Positions 41,521 to 53,279 of a stretch of DNA of 64,000 nt are shown in pieces (position 1 is the stretch's first letter; the number at the start of each line of letters is the position of its first letter). The DNA lies in contig CBDCKW010000005.1 of NCBI GenBank assembly GCA_965218435.1, forward strand, positions 32,001 through 96,000, in the 5' to 3' direction. This stretch comes from Truepera sp. (lineage in GTDB: Bacteria > Deinococcota > Deinococci > Deinococcales > Trueperaceae). A model generated the notes under the pieces. That model saw nothing but the letters and a program-made list of their open reading frames with translations. It searched no databases and was not told where the DNA came from. Both the position numbers and the translations under genes were made by a program.

Positions 41521-42006
41521 TTAGAAGTGGAAGTTGACGCCTAGATTGAGCTTCCCGAAAAAGCCCAAGCCACTATCCGGGTCGCCACTTAAGAGGTACT
41601 CCGGAGCATGTAAGACGTAGAGCGGTTGCATCTCGCCGAATAAACCGATACCGCTTCCCAGACTGTACTCGAGTCCGGCAGTCGCGTGCACACCGAAAAT
41701 CGACCCATCGTCGTAGAAGGCGACGGACCCCACATCACCGCCCACACCGCCGTAGGCCCTGAGCGTGTCGGACAGGATATATGAGTAGAAGAGGTCGATT
41801 TGTAAGAAATTGACTAAAAGAAAAGGGAGTCCCGAAACACGAAGCTCCACATTTTCGGCTACCGGTACGCCTACTTGCAGTTCAAAAAAAGGAAACACGC
41901 TGCCCGCGCCTATAATCCCGCTGAGTTGGAGTCCAAAATAAGAGCTTTGAGCCAGAGCGCCTGAACAGGTCAAGAGGGCAATTAAGACTAACAGATGACG
42001 TTTCAT
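41521..42006 (-). CDS. Small beta-barrel OMP, paralog of 40974-41423
   Basis: Shares HATAGLEY, GLF.E.QP.Y and LGVNFHF with its neighbour. Confidence 0.78.
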   Translation of the reverse strand: MKRHLLVLIALLTCSGALAQSSYFGLQLSGIIGAGSVFPFFELQVGVPVAENVELRVSGLPFLLVNFLQIDLFYSYILSDTLRAYGGVGGDVGSVAFYDDGSIFGVHATAGLEYSLGSGIGLFGEMQPLYVLHAPEYLLSGDPDSGLGFFGKLNLGVNFHF

Positions 42007-42102
42007 CGTTCACTCCATCAGGGTAGTTCAGTATTAGCACATGTTGAGGGCAAATAAGTGTTTCTAGTACAGGCTCGAGAACCATCTGCGAGCCCATAAC
42101 CT

Positions 42103-43330
42103 TTACTGATCCGTCCAGACGCGACCTCCATACTTTGTTGCGAAGGCGGGTGAGGTAAGTGTCTATTTCACCGTGACGGCTCGAGCCGAGCGTCCCTCTC
42201 GTCTCACCAGTTGCGTACACGCCGGTACGGGTACTGATGACGGCTCCGGCACTGTCATATTCCGGCGTCGCCAAGCGCGTTTGCCAGATTTTCTTTCCCT
42301 TAGGCGTAAGCTTAATAACATAGCCGTCACTGTCTCCCGTAGGTGTTACGGTTTCACCACAGAAGACTACACCGCCACCACGCGCGTCTATGCTATAAAG
42401 ATAGTCGTTTCCACCAAGGTCAAACCGTTTGTCCCACAGTCTCGAGCCGTCCGTGTTAAATTTGACGACGCGCACGTCGCGGTTGTCAGGATCGCCGTGG
42501 TAGGTATAGTGTCCAGCCAGATAGACGCTGGAATCAAGACCCGCCAAGCCGAAGGCATTTTCAACCTTGCCGTAGTCGAGTCTCTTGGCCCAGGCGAGTG
42601 TGCGATCGGGCCTGTATTTGCGGATGGTGATGTCCGACTCTGTCAGCGTAGGTGACGAGACCGGCCCCAACCCGGCGACGTAAGCATTAGCCTCACGATC
42701 TGTTGCAACTGCAGTAGCGTAGTTATAGTCGAGGGTGCCGAACGTTCTCGACCAGACCTCATGACCGCTCGCGTCGAGCCTTTCAACGAGAGCGACTGCT
42801 TTCCCTGTCACTTCATCAAGCCTATGACCAACTACGTAGAGGCTGTCGCCGGAAACAGCAATGGAGCCCATATACTCCTGATTTTTGGTACCAAATTGCC
42901 GCCTCCAGAGGATTTTTCCGTTGGCGCTATATTTACGCACGAAGCCGTCGCTGCCCCCATACGAAGCACGCTCAAGCGCTCCCTCAGTGGCCCCTACCAC
43001 GTAAACGTTACCGCCTGCATCCGTAGCAGCCCCCCAAGCGTTGTCCACTTGTGCGGTGCCGAATTGCCTGGTCCACAGCACCCTCTTGTTAGCGTCGTAC
43101 TTGCGGATGAAGGCGTCACCAGCGACTTTTTGCCGATTATGCAGATCGCCGTCGGTCGTCCCCACGACGTAGACACCTGAACCGTAGCTCGCCAGTCCCC
43201 ACGCAATGTCATTCTCTGAGGTGCTGAATCCGGGAACCTGAACTGGTTTGGCTGGGTCAGCACCCCCGGCAGGCACCTGTATAAAGGTCACAAGAAATAA
43301 AAGGCTAAGCGTAACTAAAAACCTTCTCAT
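42103..43330 (-). CDS. Secreted SBBP-repeat beta-propeller, 3' frameshift near 42137
   Basis: Repeats of W.RQFGT, ATD.GGNVYVVG; probable natural end GGRVWTDQ* lies in a shifted frame. Confidence 0.75.
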
Positions 43331-43386
43331 CCGACATCTCCCTGTTGCTTTCATAACTCCGTCGCTAGCTCAGCTGCCTTGGTCAG

Positions 43387-45117
43387 CTAGTCCGTTGAGC
43401 ACTCGCCGTCAAAGTTGCACAGGGAGGGGATCACCCACCAATAGTCCTCGCTCAGGTCTTCGTTACGGACCTCGAGCGCGGTAAAGTCGATGACAACGGT
43501 GTTCCAGCCCCTGCGCAGGTCGACGTCGGTCTTGAAGCCGGCGAAGTCACCACCCGCACACGTACCTACCGCTGTCACGTCGCGGTCGAGGTAGTAGTAG
43601 TTCACGAGGGTGCTATCTGGGTCGCTCGCGCTGGTCTGGACCACCTCGTCGGTCAGCTGACCGTCAACGAAGAGAATGAAATCCTGAGCTGCAGCAATCT
43701 TGAAGCTCTCGGGCGTGATGGTGGTGTCACAGTTGGGAAGCGTAAAAACCTCGGGCCTGCCGTTGAACAGGCGGGAGACCATCTCGGCCTCGCCGGGGAG
43801 CTGCAGCGAGAACGAGCCGTCATCGGTCAGCGGGCTCGTGGCAAAAGTGTCGTCGACGGTGCCGGCTGAAAAAACCCCGGCCTTAAGCTCGAGTGCCTTC
43901 TCACCGAAGTTCCCCCTGCCGAGGTTGGCAATGGTACCAGTGATGGTAGGGCTGTCGCCGAGGGCCGAAGGGGGTGCGTTACTAGGATTGACACTCTCAA
44001 TAGCCCGACCGTTCGCCAGGTCGCTTAACCAGTCCACAAAGCGCACGCCGCCGGTCTCGAGGGTGTAGAACTCGGGACGTTGGAGAATTACGTGTGCGGT
44101 ACCGTTAACAGGGTCATCATCGGTGTCGAAGGTTGAGATATACGAGCGGAAGTTGTCCGTTTCCGACGTGATAGCCGTGAGCGACGCAAGCATCTTTCCC
44201 GACCAGTCTTGGGCTAATTCTGGAGTAGGTTGTGTGATCCCCTGCATCAACCCGTAAAAGCCGATCTGCGTCCCGTCGAAAAGGCTGTTGTACTGCGCTA
44301 AAACCGTGTTTGGGTAGTTCTGACCAATCACGCTATAGAGGTTTGTAAGAATATTTTGGTCGAGAGCTATGGGCTCGCCCAGGTCGGGCAGCGCACCCTC
44401 GAGCTGCCAACCCGCCGCGTCGCCGGAGAAAAAGCCTTCGGTGACGACCCCTGCGCCGCTGTCACCGAGTTGATACGAGGCGGCGTTCGGATAGTGGTCG
44501 GCGATTTCGGGCAGCCAGATCAGCGAGGCGTAAGCTCCGGCGCTGACCCCGGCGACGAACACGGTTTCGGGCGCGCTGAAATTGTCGTAAACCCAGCCCA
44601 GCGCAGCTCGGGTATTGACCGCCCCCCGGTGCTGAACCTCGAGCGTGGTGCCGCCTGGTACGGCGTAGCTCGCAGTATTGTCCCCGAGGTGGAGGTCGCC
44701 CGTACAGTAGGAGATATGCACCTGATACCAGTCCCGAAAAGGATTGGCGGCGTTCGTGCGGTCATAGATTCCCCTGAAGCCGTAAACCTCAGGCGACCCA
44801 TAAACTTTGTTTACATAAAGCCCCTGAAAGTTATTGTCGGGCGTGCTCGGATTTGAACAGGTGCCGCCGTTCCAGCAGGCCCCGCCGCCTTCAAAATCGA
44901 TGAGCAGCTTGTTGACTTTGCCGGGGCTGACGAAGTAGCTGTACGCCGAGCCGTCGGCGCAAAGGGTGTCGCCCGCAGGCGTCAGCTGATTCCAACCGGC
45001 CTCGAGTCCAATGGGCAAAGTGGGCGGCGTCACGGTTTTGCTGCAGGCGGTGAGCAGCAGCAAGAAAAAGAACAAGTACGCCAAGCAAATACGGGGCGAA
45101 AGCGTGCGCGCGGACAT
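43387..45117 (-). CDS. Pectinacetylesterase/Notum-family lipoprotein
   Basis: LTAC lipobox, CADGS, FEGGGACW, YCTGDLHLG, GVSAG. Confidence 0.85.
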   Translation of the reverse strand: MSARTLSPRICLAYLFFFLLLLTACSKTVTPPTLPIGLEAGWNQLTPAGDTLCADGSAYSYFVSPGKVNKLLIDFEGGGACWNGGTCSNPSTPDNNFQGLYVNKVYGSPEVYGFRGIYDRTNAANPFRDWYQVHISYCTGDLHLGDNTASYAVPGGTTLEVQHRGAVNTRAALGWVYDNFSAPETVFVAGVSAGAYASLIWLPEIADHYPNAASYQLGDSGAGVVTEGFFSGDAAGWQLEGALPDLGEPIALDQNILTNLYSVIGQNYPNTVLAQYNSLFDGTQIGFYGLMQGITQPTPELAQDWSGKMLASLTAITSETDNFRSYISTFDTDDDPVNGTAHVILQRPEFYTLETGGVRFVDWLSDLANGRAIESVNPSNAPPSALGDSPTITGTIANLGRGNFGEKALELKAGVFSAGTVDDTFATSPLTDDGSFSLQLPGEAEMVSRLFNGRPEVFTLPNCDTTITPESFKIAAAQDFILFVDGQLTDEVVQTSASDPDSTLVNYYYLDRDVTAVGTCAGGDFAGFKTDVDLRRGWNTVVIDFTALEVRNEDLSEDYWWVIPSLCNFDGECSTD

Positions 45118-45257
45118 GCGGTTCTCCTTTGAGCAATGAAGTGTGTCATTGACTGGTTCGTCGGGACGGTGCCACCGTCGCTACCGTTCAGGTGTCGAAA
45201 GCGGCAACTTTAGTAAAAAAGCCTTGAACTGAATTCAGGGCTTTGTCTAACTTGCAG

Positions 45258-45923
45258 CTAATAGGTGGTTCTTACGTAACTTCCCTTGCCGGAAAACAGG
45301 TAGGCTCCTTCATAGGTTTCATCGGAGAAGACAGGGAAACTGAGCTCGGAGGTTTTGCCTCTGAAACTAAAAGTCCCGCTGGCCGTAGCACCGCGGCTCG
45401 TGCCTCTAAACACGGATTTCTCCGTGTAGGTCGGAGTCTTTATCCGCTCGGTCGAGCGGCTGCGTGTGAGGCCGCCCTGACCCTTCCAGCTCAGGGTGAG
45501 TTTGGCAGGGCCACAGACGGTGGTTCCGCTAGGGAAACTTTCTCTGCAAGCCCTAAAGGTCGCCGTTAACGTCGCCTTGGTAAGCTGTTTGTTAATGCTG
45601 AAGTTTTCGCCACTGCTAGAGCTGAAGATGGAAAAACCCGACTCTGTACACTGGTTGTACCTATTGAGATAAAAGTCAACTGCGTTAGACTCTGTTTTTG
45701 CCCCCTTCAACTCTTTCTGCCGAGTTTTGTAGGCCGAAATACTCACAGATGTAGTTTTGCAGCCCACTGTATTTTCGGAGTAAGCAGAAGCTGATTTGTT
45801 GCTAAAACGATACCCTTCCCTTACCGCCGCCGTCTCCAGTTCGGGCGGTGGTTGCACGGTTCCGCAGGCGGCGAGTAGGAGTAGGGCCAACATAACAAGA
45901 CCTGAGCGCATCGTCATTTTCAT
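45258..45923 (-). CDS. Hypothetical lipoprotein
   Basis: LLAACG lipobox, beta-rich; SD AAGGGG. Confidence 0.7.
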   Translation of the reverse strand: MKMTMRSGLVMLALLLLAACGTVQPPPELETAAVREGYRFSNKSASAYSENTVGCKTTSVSISAYKTRQKELKGAKTESNAVDFYLNRYNQCTESGFSIFSSSSGENFSINKQLTKATLTATFRACRESFPSGTTVCGPAKLTLSWKGQGGLTRSRSTERIKTPTYTEKSVFRGTSRGATASGTFSFRGKTSELSFPVFSDETYEGAYLFSGKGSYVRTTY

Positions 45924-46169
45924 GAATACACCCCTTTTGTGCCCTTCACTAAGGGCAAAAGAACTCGAGGGACCAGAAGCCGCTTCATCACGTCCATCCT
46001 TTCCTAGTACGCTCTCGACCTGCATTTCATCCAAAGAATTTCGGGTTTAACCGGCCTACTTCACTGGTGCCGCCCTCCTTTCACATGTTGGTGCGTACAT
46101 CGTGCAAAAAGGGGAATGAAAACAGCCTGAAATGCGCGCTATCAGCTCTGAAAAGGTCTATACTTAAGT

Positions 46170-48875
46170 GTGGAACTTCTCACGTTAGGTGGGCTTATGT
46201 TAAGCGGCGCGACCTTTACACGCGTCAAACCGCTGCTGCTACTGACCTATCTATCGCTCGAGGGTACCAAAGACAGGCGCTACCTTGCAGAGCTATTTTG
46301 GCCCGACGCCGCCGACCCGCTTAACAGCCTCGCGGCGGCCCTTAAACAACTGCGGCATTACGCGCCAGGGGTTGTCGAAAGCAATCTTACCCGTGTTTCG
46401 AGCGCAGTAAGTTGCGACGCACGCACGTTTCTTCAGGTTGCCGACGCGAGCGACTATATGGGAGTGCTCGAGCTTTACCGAGATGCTTTCTTAAACGGTA
46501 TTTACCTGCCGGGTTGGAGCGCCGAACTCGAGGAGTGGGTCTACGGTACCCGCGAGTTTCTAGCCGGACGAGCGCGCAGCGCGTGGCTCTGCCGAGGTGA
46601 AGAAAGGGCGGCGAACGGTGATTTTGCGGAAGCTGCCCAGTGTGCCGAAAAAGCCTATCTGCTCCCCGGCGCACCCGAACTCGAGCCCGAGGAAGTGACG
46701 CGGATACACACGCTGTTCGTAGCCGGAGACAGCCCTTACCTTGGCAAGTTACGCCGAGACGCCCAAAGTTTCGGCCTCGAGCTTTCTCCTAGAACAGCCC
46801 GTGAGCAGTTGCAACGACCGGTAGCTCGTGTAAGCTCACCTAAGCAGACCTTACCGCTAAGGGGCACCTCGTTTATCGGGCGTGATCTGGAGTTGGTCGA
46901 GATTGCCAACCAACTCGCCAGACCCGACTGCTCGCTGCTGACGCTGACCGGGCCGGGGGGCGTAGGCAAAACGCGTCTGGCGGTACGTGCTGCTCGAGAC
47001 CTCGCGGAGCGCTACGAGGGCGGCGTTTATTTCGTGCCGTTAGAAGTGCTGACCTCTGCGGATCAGATTCCCGCGAGTATCGCTGAAAGTCTCGCTTTCA
47101 CCCTTCAAGGCAGCGAAGCCCCGCTCGTTCAGGTCACACGCTACCTCGGCAACAAAGCCATGCTCTTGGTATTGGACAACTACGAACACCTGCTCGAGGC
47201 GGCGATGGTCGTGACTCGACTTCTCCAGGCTTGCCCCAACTTAAAGCTGCTCGTGACCTCACGTGAGCGCCTTGATCTAGAAGAAGAGTGGGTCTTACCA
47301 GTTGAAGGCTTGGCGGTACCGCCTGAAACGCCCTCACTTCCGGAAGCCAAGGAGCATGACGCGCTACAGCTATTTGAAGACCGCGCCAAACGGTCACGGC
47401 TCTCCTTCGAGCTAAAGTCGCAGGACTTGCCTTACGTTGTTTCGATCTGTAACCAGGTTCAGGGCTTGCCTTTAGGTATCGAGCTGGCCGCGTCGTGGGT
47501 CAAAGTGCTGTCATGTCAGGAGATCGCTCAGGAACTCGAGCAAACGACCGAATTTTTAACCTCCACCAGTCGAAATATTCCCGAGCGACACAGGAGCGTC
47601 CAGGCAGTGTTCGAGGGATCGTGGCGGCTTCTAAGCCCTAAAGAGCAAGCGGTACTAAGAAAGCTCTCGGTATTTCAAGGAGGCTTTAGGCGCGAGGCAG
47701 CGGCTGAGGTGGCAGGAGCAACCATCCCTGTGTTGGCTTCGCTCGTGGACAAGTCGCTGCTGCGCGTTACAGCGAGCGGACGATATTATGGCCATCCACT
47801 ACTTCTGCAATATATTTGGGAAAAGCTGGCAAAAAACAAAAGTGTAGATGAAGTGCAACAAAAACACGCAGTTTATTTTTTATCTTTCGTGGAAGAGGCT
47901 GAAACATATTTGAATAGTAATAAGCAGACCACATGGCTAGAACTTTTGGAAGCCGAACAGGCTAATATACGAGAGGCTTTGCAGTTTACGAAAACACACG
48001 CCAAAGTAGATATGCATTTACGTCTAGCTGGAGCACTTTCGTGGTTCTGGTGGCAACGTGGCTACCTAAGCGAAGGAAGAAAATGGTTAGAAGGAGCTTT
48101 GGGAGGACCTTTTGAAAAAACAGCACTGAGAGCCAAAGCCCTTAATGGAGCCGGGCTGATTACGTGGTCACAAGGTCTGTACCTATCTGCCCAAATGTAT
48201 CAAGAGGAAAACATCGCTATCCGCCGCGTACTACACGACCAATCCGGCCTAGCAGTAGCTCTTAACAACTTGGGGATTGTCGCTTACGACAAGTGTGACT
48301 ACCTTAAAGCTCGCTCACTCCACTCAGAAGCATTAGCGATATGGCGAGAACTAGAACATCAGTCAGGTATCGCGTTCTCGCTTACCAACTTAGGGTTAGC
48401 AGCCTATAATCAAGGTGATTATCCTAGTGCTCGCTCACTTCAGACTGAAAGCCTTTCACTCATGCGTAAGTTGGAGAACGAATATGGTGTTGCACTTGCG
48501 CTCATCAATTTAGGAAACGTCGTATGTGAACAAGGCGATTACGAGCTAGCACGAATTGTACATGAGGAAAGCATCAAACTATTCCGGAAATTAGGAAATC
48601 AGCGGGGAATCGCTTTTGCGCTTGAAAGTTTTGCGAGTTTAGCAATAGGGCAAAAACAAATGGAACAAGCAACGTGCATTTGGGGAGCGGCAGCAGCTAT
48701 ACGCGAAGCTATCGTCGCTCCTCTTCCACCGAGTGAAAGTTTCCGCTATGTGCGGGACATCGACAAGGCCAAATCTCAGCTCGGCGAGTCTATTTTTGCT
48801 GCGGCATGGAATAGAGGCCGAGCGATGCCGCTCGAGCAGGCCGTCGCTTACGCCTTGGCAGCAATAGTGATATAA
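46170..48875 (+). CDS. SARP/BTAD-NB-ARC(STAND)-TPR regulator (leaderless)
   Basis: [15 protein letters not shown] Walker [24 protein letters not shown] repeats; TATACT 5 nt before the GTG. Confidence 0.88.
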   Translation: MELLTLGGLMLSGATFTRVKPLLLLTYLSLEGTKDRRYLAELFWPDAADPLNSLAAALKQLRHYAPGVVESNLTRVSSAVSCDARTFLQVADASDYMGVLELYRDAFLNGIYLPGWSAELEEWVYGTREFLAGRARSAWLCRGEERAANGDFAEAAQCAEKAYLLPGAPELEPEEVTRIHTLFVAGDSPYLGKLRRDAQSFGLELSPRTAREQLQRPVARVSSPKQTLPLRGTSFIGRDLELVEIANQLARPDCSLLTLTGPGGVGKTRLAVRAARDLAERYEGGVYFVPLEVLTSADQIPASIAESLAFTLQGSEAPLVQVTRYLGNKAMLLVLDNYEHLLEAAMVVTRLLQACPNLKLLVTSRERLDLEEEWVLPVEGLAVPPETPSLPEAKEHDALQLFEDRAKRSRLSFELKSQDLPYVVSICNQVQGLPLGIELAASWVKVLSCQEIAQELEQTTEFLTSTSRNIPERHRSVQAVFEGSWRLLSPKEQAVLRKLSVFQGGFRREAAAEVAGATIPVLASLVDKSLLRVTASGRYYGHPLLLQYIWEKLAKNKSVDEVQQKHAVYFLSFVEEAETYLNSNKQTTWLELLEAEQANIREALQFTKTHAKVDMHLRLAGALSWFWWQRGYLSEGRKWLEGALGGPFEKTALRAKALNGAGLITWSQGLYLSAQMYQEENIAIRRVLHDQSGLAVALNNLGIVAYDKCDYLKARSLHSEALAIWRELEHQSGIAFSLTNLGLAAYNQGDYPSARSLQTESLSLMRKLENEYGVALALINLGNVVCEQGDYELARIVHEESIKLFRKLGNQRGIAFALESFASLAIGQKQMEQATCIWGAAAAIREAIVAPLPPSESFRYVRDIDKAKSQLGESIFAAAWNRGRAMPLEQAVAYALAAIVI

Positions 48876-48992
48876 GAAGTCTCCTATAAACACTCCGGTA
48901 TCTGTTGAGGTGATTTCTACCTAAGAGCAAAGAGAAACAGGCTTCATACTAGCTCATCGCTACGTTTAATGAAGCCAGCCTATAAGGCGGAG

Positions 48993-49098
48993 GGCGATAT
49001 AGTACCCGAGCCCGGAGTGGGTTGAAGTTAGCACGGCCGTACGTCCGCCACTTGATGATTTTAAGCCGACTGTCCTGGACTTCAAGCTGACCATTGCG
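48993..49098 (-). mobile_element. ISL3 transposase C-terminal remnant
   Basis: Reads RNGQLEVQDSRLKIIKWRTYGRANFNPLRARVL. Confidence 0.6.
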
Positions 49099-49211
49099 CT
49101 AGGTTCGTTTTGGCAGAATCCCAAACTTAAGGAAGCTGCGAGCTGCTCTCATCTGAACGGCGATTGGGCTGCGCAGACGCTGAATCACCTGTCAATCCAG
49201 TTGTCCGGTAT

Positions 49212-50090
49212 CTAGTCTTCTGGGTTCAAACTGGGTAGCCGCTGTCCGTGCGCCAGACGGTGCTTGACTAGGGCGCTTATAAGCCGGCTACGGAGGTAAG
49301 CCAAGTCGATCCAGATGCGAGGATCGCCGACGGCGAACCCGGCATGTGCTTCATATTGGGACAAGAAATGGTCCGCCAATTCTGGTGTACTCCGCTGTAT
49401 CTCTGCAGCTGCGTTTGCCACGTCAAAGCGGGGGTCGCCTACCGCTGCCTCCTCCCAGTCCAAAATGGCCGTAATCCCTTGTTCGTCTGAGAGATAGTTG
49501 CCACTATGCCAGTCGCCATGGATAAAGCTTCCCGAACGTTCGCCCACATCGGCGAAACGCTCTGCGATGGCGTATAACTCCTGGCGAAGGGCCAGGATCC
49601 CAGCCTCCTCAGCCCAGCTCATTAGACGCGGCAGTAACTTAGCTAGCGAGATGTCTGGGAGGCGAGCCCGGTCCTCGTCGTGCACAGGGGCGGCATGGAG
49701 GCGGGCGAGGAGGTCGGCTACCTGTGCTGCCTTTGCTGGGGTGTTCGGGATCCGGCCCGGCTCGCCCGGTACCCGCCTCACCATCAACATGTCGGGCATT
49801 TGGGCGACGAGAAGAACGGGTGGAACCGGCATCCCAGCGCGCGTAGCGATCCGCAGAGCGATCTGCTCACGTTGTGGTAGGTCGGGTGCAAGAAATGTCC
49901 ACCATGACATGTAGCCCTGATAAACTCGCACATACACTTGTGTGGTCGCGCCGGTATCTGACCAGTACAAGGTGATGCACTCCACAAACTGCTGGAAACT
50001 TTGAACTTGCTGCTGCTGAGTAATCCTCCATCCTGGTTGATACTGGAAGGCTGACGCTAGCCAAGTCTCGAGTAATTTGGTCCGATTCAT
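49212..50090 (-). CDS. APH-family phosphotransferase (possibly 3' truncated)
   Basis: FIHGDWHSGN, ILDWE, GDPRFD; TACCAT 6 nt before ATG 50090. Confidence 0.8.
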   Translation of the reverse strand: MNRTKLLETWLASAFQYQPGWRITQQQQVQSFQQFVECITLYWSDTGATTQVYVRVYQGYMSWWTFLAPDLPQREQIALRIATRAGMPVPPVLLVAQMPDMLMVRRVPGEPGRIPNTPAKAAQVADLLARLHAAPVHDEDRARLPDISLAKLLPRLMSWAEEAGILALRQELYAIAERFADVGERSGSFIHGDWHSGNYLSDEQGITAILDWEEAAVGDPRFDVANAAAEIQRSTPELADHFLSQYEAHAGFAVGDPRIWIDLAYLRSRLISALVKHRLAHGQRLPSLNPED

Positions 50091-50396
50091 GTAGTGATGG
50101 TACGCTTTTAACTTTGTGTCCTTGCTGAGCAGCCTATAACCCTCCACAACACCGTCTGTTTTGGAAAACCCCGATTTTGAAAAGGACCGTTCTCTGGACG
50201 TTGCATAGTCGGCTAGCGACAGGCTCATCTTCTCATTCTCCGTTTAACGAACGCCGTTTCAGCGCCTAAGCTGCGGCTATATTTCTAAGTTGAAAAGCAT
50301 GCCGAAGGGAGGACAGCCGCACCCGCCACCCGGAAGGAGAAGCGTGTTTCAGCTACCCCTAAGCTTTAGCTTTTGGAGAAAGGAACGGCATCACTT

Positions 50397-50762
50397 ATGA
50401 GCGAGAACGCCTTGACGGTCGAAGGTCTGAAGCAGATTGAGCAACATTGGGCGACAGCAAAAGACATGGATAGCATGATGGACATATTCACAGAAGACGC
50501 CATCTTCGACAATATCGACGCGCAACCTATAGTTGGCAAAGATGTCATCCGAGGCGTCTATGGACCGGTCGAAGGGGAAAAGAGGACAGCCGAAAATCAG
50601 GAGGCGGTCGTCTTAGGTAGTTAGGGCTACAGCTCAGGCACTGCGACGGTGGAAAACCCGGACGGGCATATCCTCAAAACGACGTACCTCAACGTCGTCA
50701 AGCTGGTGGACGGCGAACCGAAGATGTTCCGGCAGATCTTCAAGGTGACGGAGCAGTCTTGA
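50397..50762 (+). pseudogene. NTF2/SnoaL-like protein with in-frame TAG at 50622
   Basis: IFTEDA.F....PIVGKD.IR; frame continues GYSSG...MFRQIF after the stop. Confidence 0.65.
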
Positions 50763-51143
50763 AATGATGACTAAACATATTTTGGCCGTACCCGAATAGG
50801 CCCTCCCAATGTTAGAAGGGCCTACGTTTTTACCCGCTATTTTGGAGATGCCAAACTCCCGCTGTTGTCGTTCGTTACCTGTAAGTGTATGGCACTCATC
50901 ATGCGATCATGCGAACGTTTACACGCTCCTACGTGCATAGGGAACGCTTACTCCAGCGTAGCGCCACACCTTGTGGGTCGGCGTGACTCATCGGCTGCAG
51001 ACCGTTTTACAATCTATACAGGCTGCTGAAAAAGCTCATTCGAGGTGGGCGGAGATCGGCCACCGATCCAACCAGGATGTGTCCTGGAGGTCGTGGCGGG
51101 GCGTGATAGGCAGCACAACCCTCAGGAGACATGCCACAGGTCC

Positions 51144-51644
51144 TTAGTCCACCGGTGGCAGCGGCGGGCCGGCGTCCTCGAGGCGGTACTTGGCATAGAG
51201 AGCGTGGACGCGCTCGAGGTCACGGGGATTAAACTCAGGGATGGTGTCGTCCAGCGCCGGTCGGCCGCCCTCCAAGTAGAAGTTCTCGTGGCCGCCCGGC
51301 TGGACCAGCTCCAGAAGGTGCGCTGGCCCCTTGTCGACGCGGAAGGTATGCGGCAGGTCGCGGGGCAAGTAGATAAACGATCCCGGTCCCGCTTGGTACG
51401 TCTGGTCGTCGCAGACAACGGTCAATTCACCTTCAAGGATCCAGAACGATTCGTCCTCTTGGTGGTGGATGTGTAACGGCGGCGAGAAGCCGACCGCCAG
51501 CCGGACTTCGATCAACCCAAACGCCCCGCCGGTGGTCTGCGCGGTTGCCTTGACGGTCATCCGCGTCCCTAGGAACCAGGTCGCCTCGCCGTCGTCTGGT
51601 CCGCGCACAAACGGTTGGAACTTCACGTGCATCGCCTCGGGCAT
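51144..51644 (-). CDS. Cupin (quercetin 2,3-dioxygenase-like)
   Basis: PPLHIHHQEDESF.ILEGEL, P...PHTF. Confidence 0.85.
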   Translation of the reverse strand: MPEAMHVKFQPFVRGPDDGEATWFLGTRMTVKATAQTTGGAFGLIEVRLAVGFSPPLHIHHQEDESFWILEGELTVVCDDQTYQAGPGSFIYLPRDLPHTFRVDKGPAHLLELVQPGGHENFYLEGGRPALDDTIPEFNPRDLERVHALYAKYRLEDAGPPLPPVD

Positions 51645-51784
51645 GACGTCCTCCTTCTTATCCTTTAGATTTTCTTGCGGTGGCGCCACCTACGGCCACA
51701 GTAGCGCGGAGCGCCGGACAAATCCATCCCGTATTCACGGGATGGTGCCTAGACGGGGTAAAGCAATAGGACTACAGTACGCGC

Positions 51785-52879
51785 ATGAACAGCTTGGAAC
51801 TCGCGCGCTGCCGCGACGCGGTGGAACGACTTGCCGCCGCGCCACTCTCCCCCGATGACCTTGGCCGGGAGTTGGTCACCAGCATCCGGCGGGCCGTCCC
51901 TTTCTTGGGATGGTGCGTTGCGGTCACCGACCCGGAGACCCTTCTCGTCGCAGCGGCCGTGGCCGAAAACCCGGCGATTGGGAACCCTGGCCGCCTCTTC
52001 GAGCTCGAGTATGCCGAGGACGTGAACCGCTATCGCGACTTGGTCAAGCAGCGTTCGCCGGTCCGCTCGCTCCACGCCGCGACGGGAGGCGATTTCCAAC
52101 GAAGCGCTCGGTGGCGCGAGCTCTACGACGGCAGCGGCCTCACCGACGAGTTACGAATCGTGCTCGTGCTTGACGGGCGCTGCTGGGGCTTCATCGAGTT
52201 GCTGCGCGAGCAAGGCGACCGGGCCTTCTCAGAGGAGGAGCGCAGCTTCCTGGCTCGGCTCGTTCCGCAGGTTGCAACGAGCCTGAGGCGATCCCTTATG
52301 GCGGATCCACTTCACGCGCAATGGGGCGAGCAACGGGCAGCTTCCGGACCCGGCACGGTGATCCTGGACCAGGACTTTCGCGAGATCGGCACGACGCCCG
52401 AAGCCAAGGAATGGATGGACCGTATTCGCCCGCCTAGCGATGGGCCGTTCATGCCGACTGCGGTGCTGGCGGTGGCCGCGCGAGCCCGCTCGTTAAGGAC
52501 CACGCGGCCGTTGCCCGGCGAGGAGCCTAGAGTCCGGGTGCGCGGTTCGACAGGCGAGTGGGTGACGGTCTCGGCTGCGCCGCTCACCGGTGGAGCAGCG
52601 CTCGCGGGCGCGATTGCGGTCATGCTGGCAGGTGCGGGCGCCGAGGCCGGGAGCCTGGTACTGGAGGCCTGTGGGCTCACCTCCCGCGAGCGCGAATTGG
52701 CGTCGCTCGTGCTAGCGGGATGCTCTAATAAGGAGATCGCTGAACGGCTGTTCCTCTCTCCCTATACGGTGAGCGACCACCTCAAGGCGATCCTTGAGAA
52801 ACCCGGGGTGCACAGCAAACGCGAGCTGATCGCGAGCGCACTCGGGGGCGGGGTTCGGGAGGGCTTTCGCACGAGCTGA
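51785..52879 (+). CDS. GAF + LuxR HTH regulator (leaderless)
   Basis: LTSRERE...G.SNKEIAERLFLS.YTV.DHLK; TACAGT 6 nt before the ATG. Confidence 0.88.
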   Translation: MNSLELARCRDAVERLAAAPLSPDDLGRELVTSIRRAVPFLGWCVAVTDPETLLVAAAVAENPAIGNPGRLFELEYAEDVNRYRDLVKQRSPVRSLHAATGGDFQRSARWRELYDGSGLTDELRIVLVLDGRCWGFIELLREQGDRAFSEEERSFLARLVPQVATSLRRSLMADPLHAQWGEQRAASGPGTVILDQDFREIGTTPEAKEWMDRIRPPSDGPFMPTAVLAVAARARSLRTTRPLPGEEPRVRVRGSTGEWVTVSAAPLTGGAALAGAIAVMLAGAGAEAGSLVLEACGLTSRERELASLVLAGCSNKEIAERLFLSPYTVSDHLKAILEKPGVHSKRELIASALGGGVREGFRTS

Positions 52880-52950
52880 TCGCGACCGACCCTAGGCTAG
52901 AGCCTCGTTAAGTAAGCACCTGACCTGCAGATTGATAGGAGTGTAAAGCT

Positions 52951-53223
52951 ATGACCCTGTTTACCTACAACACTCCAAGACCCCGACCTGACTTTCCCAT
53001 CTCACCGGACCCTATGGGTGATCCCGTCGAGCTGCCCAAGCCGCTACCCGAAGAAGAACCGGAAGAGTGGGGCGAGCCGATCATGGTCGTCGATGACGAC
53101 ACAGCGCAGCCTAGAGGGGACGACGATCCGGCCGACCCACCGCAAGAGGAAGAGGGACCAGAGGTAGCCGTAGACGAAGACAAGGTACCACCTGCCAGGG
53201 GGCCGGAATCGGAGCCGCCCTAA
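52951..53223 (+). CDS. Pro/acid-rich disordered small protein 1
   Basis: SD AGGAG; P/E/D-dominated composition. Confidence 0.6.
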   Translation: MTLFTYNTPRPRPDFPISPDPMGDPVELPKPLPEEEPEEWGEPIMVVDDDTAQPRGDDDPADPPQEEEGPEVAVDEDKVPPARGPESEPP

Positions 53224-53279
53224 GCTGTCGTGCCTTACATCCTGCGCCAAACCCACCTCCTGAAGGAGACGAGGTAGTC

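Noticed and set aside
41882..42102. C-terminal extension of the SBBP ORF overlapping the OMP gene
   Set aside because: Better explained by a frameshift near 42137 that bypasses the natural VWTDQ* end.
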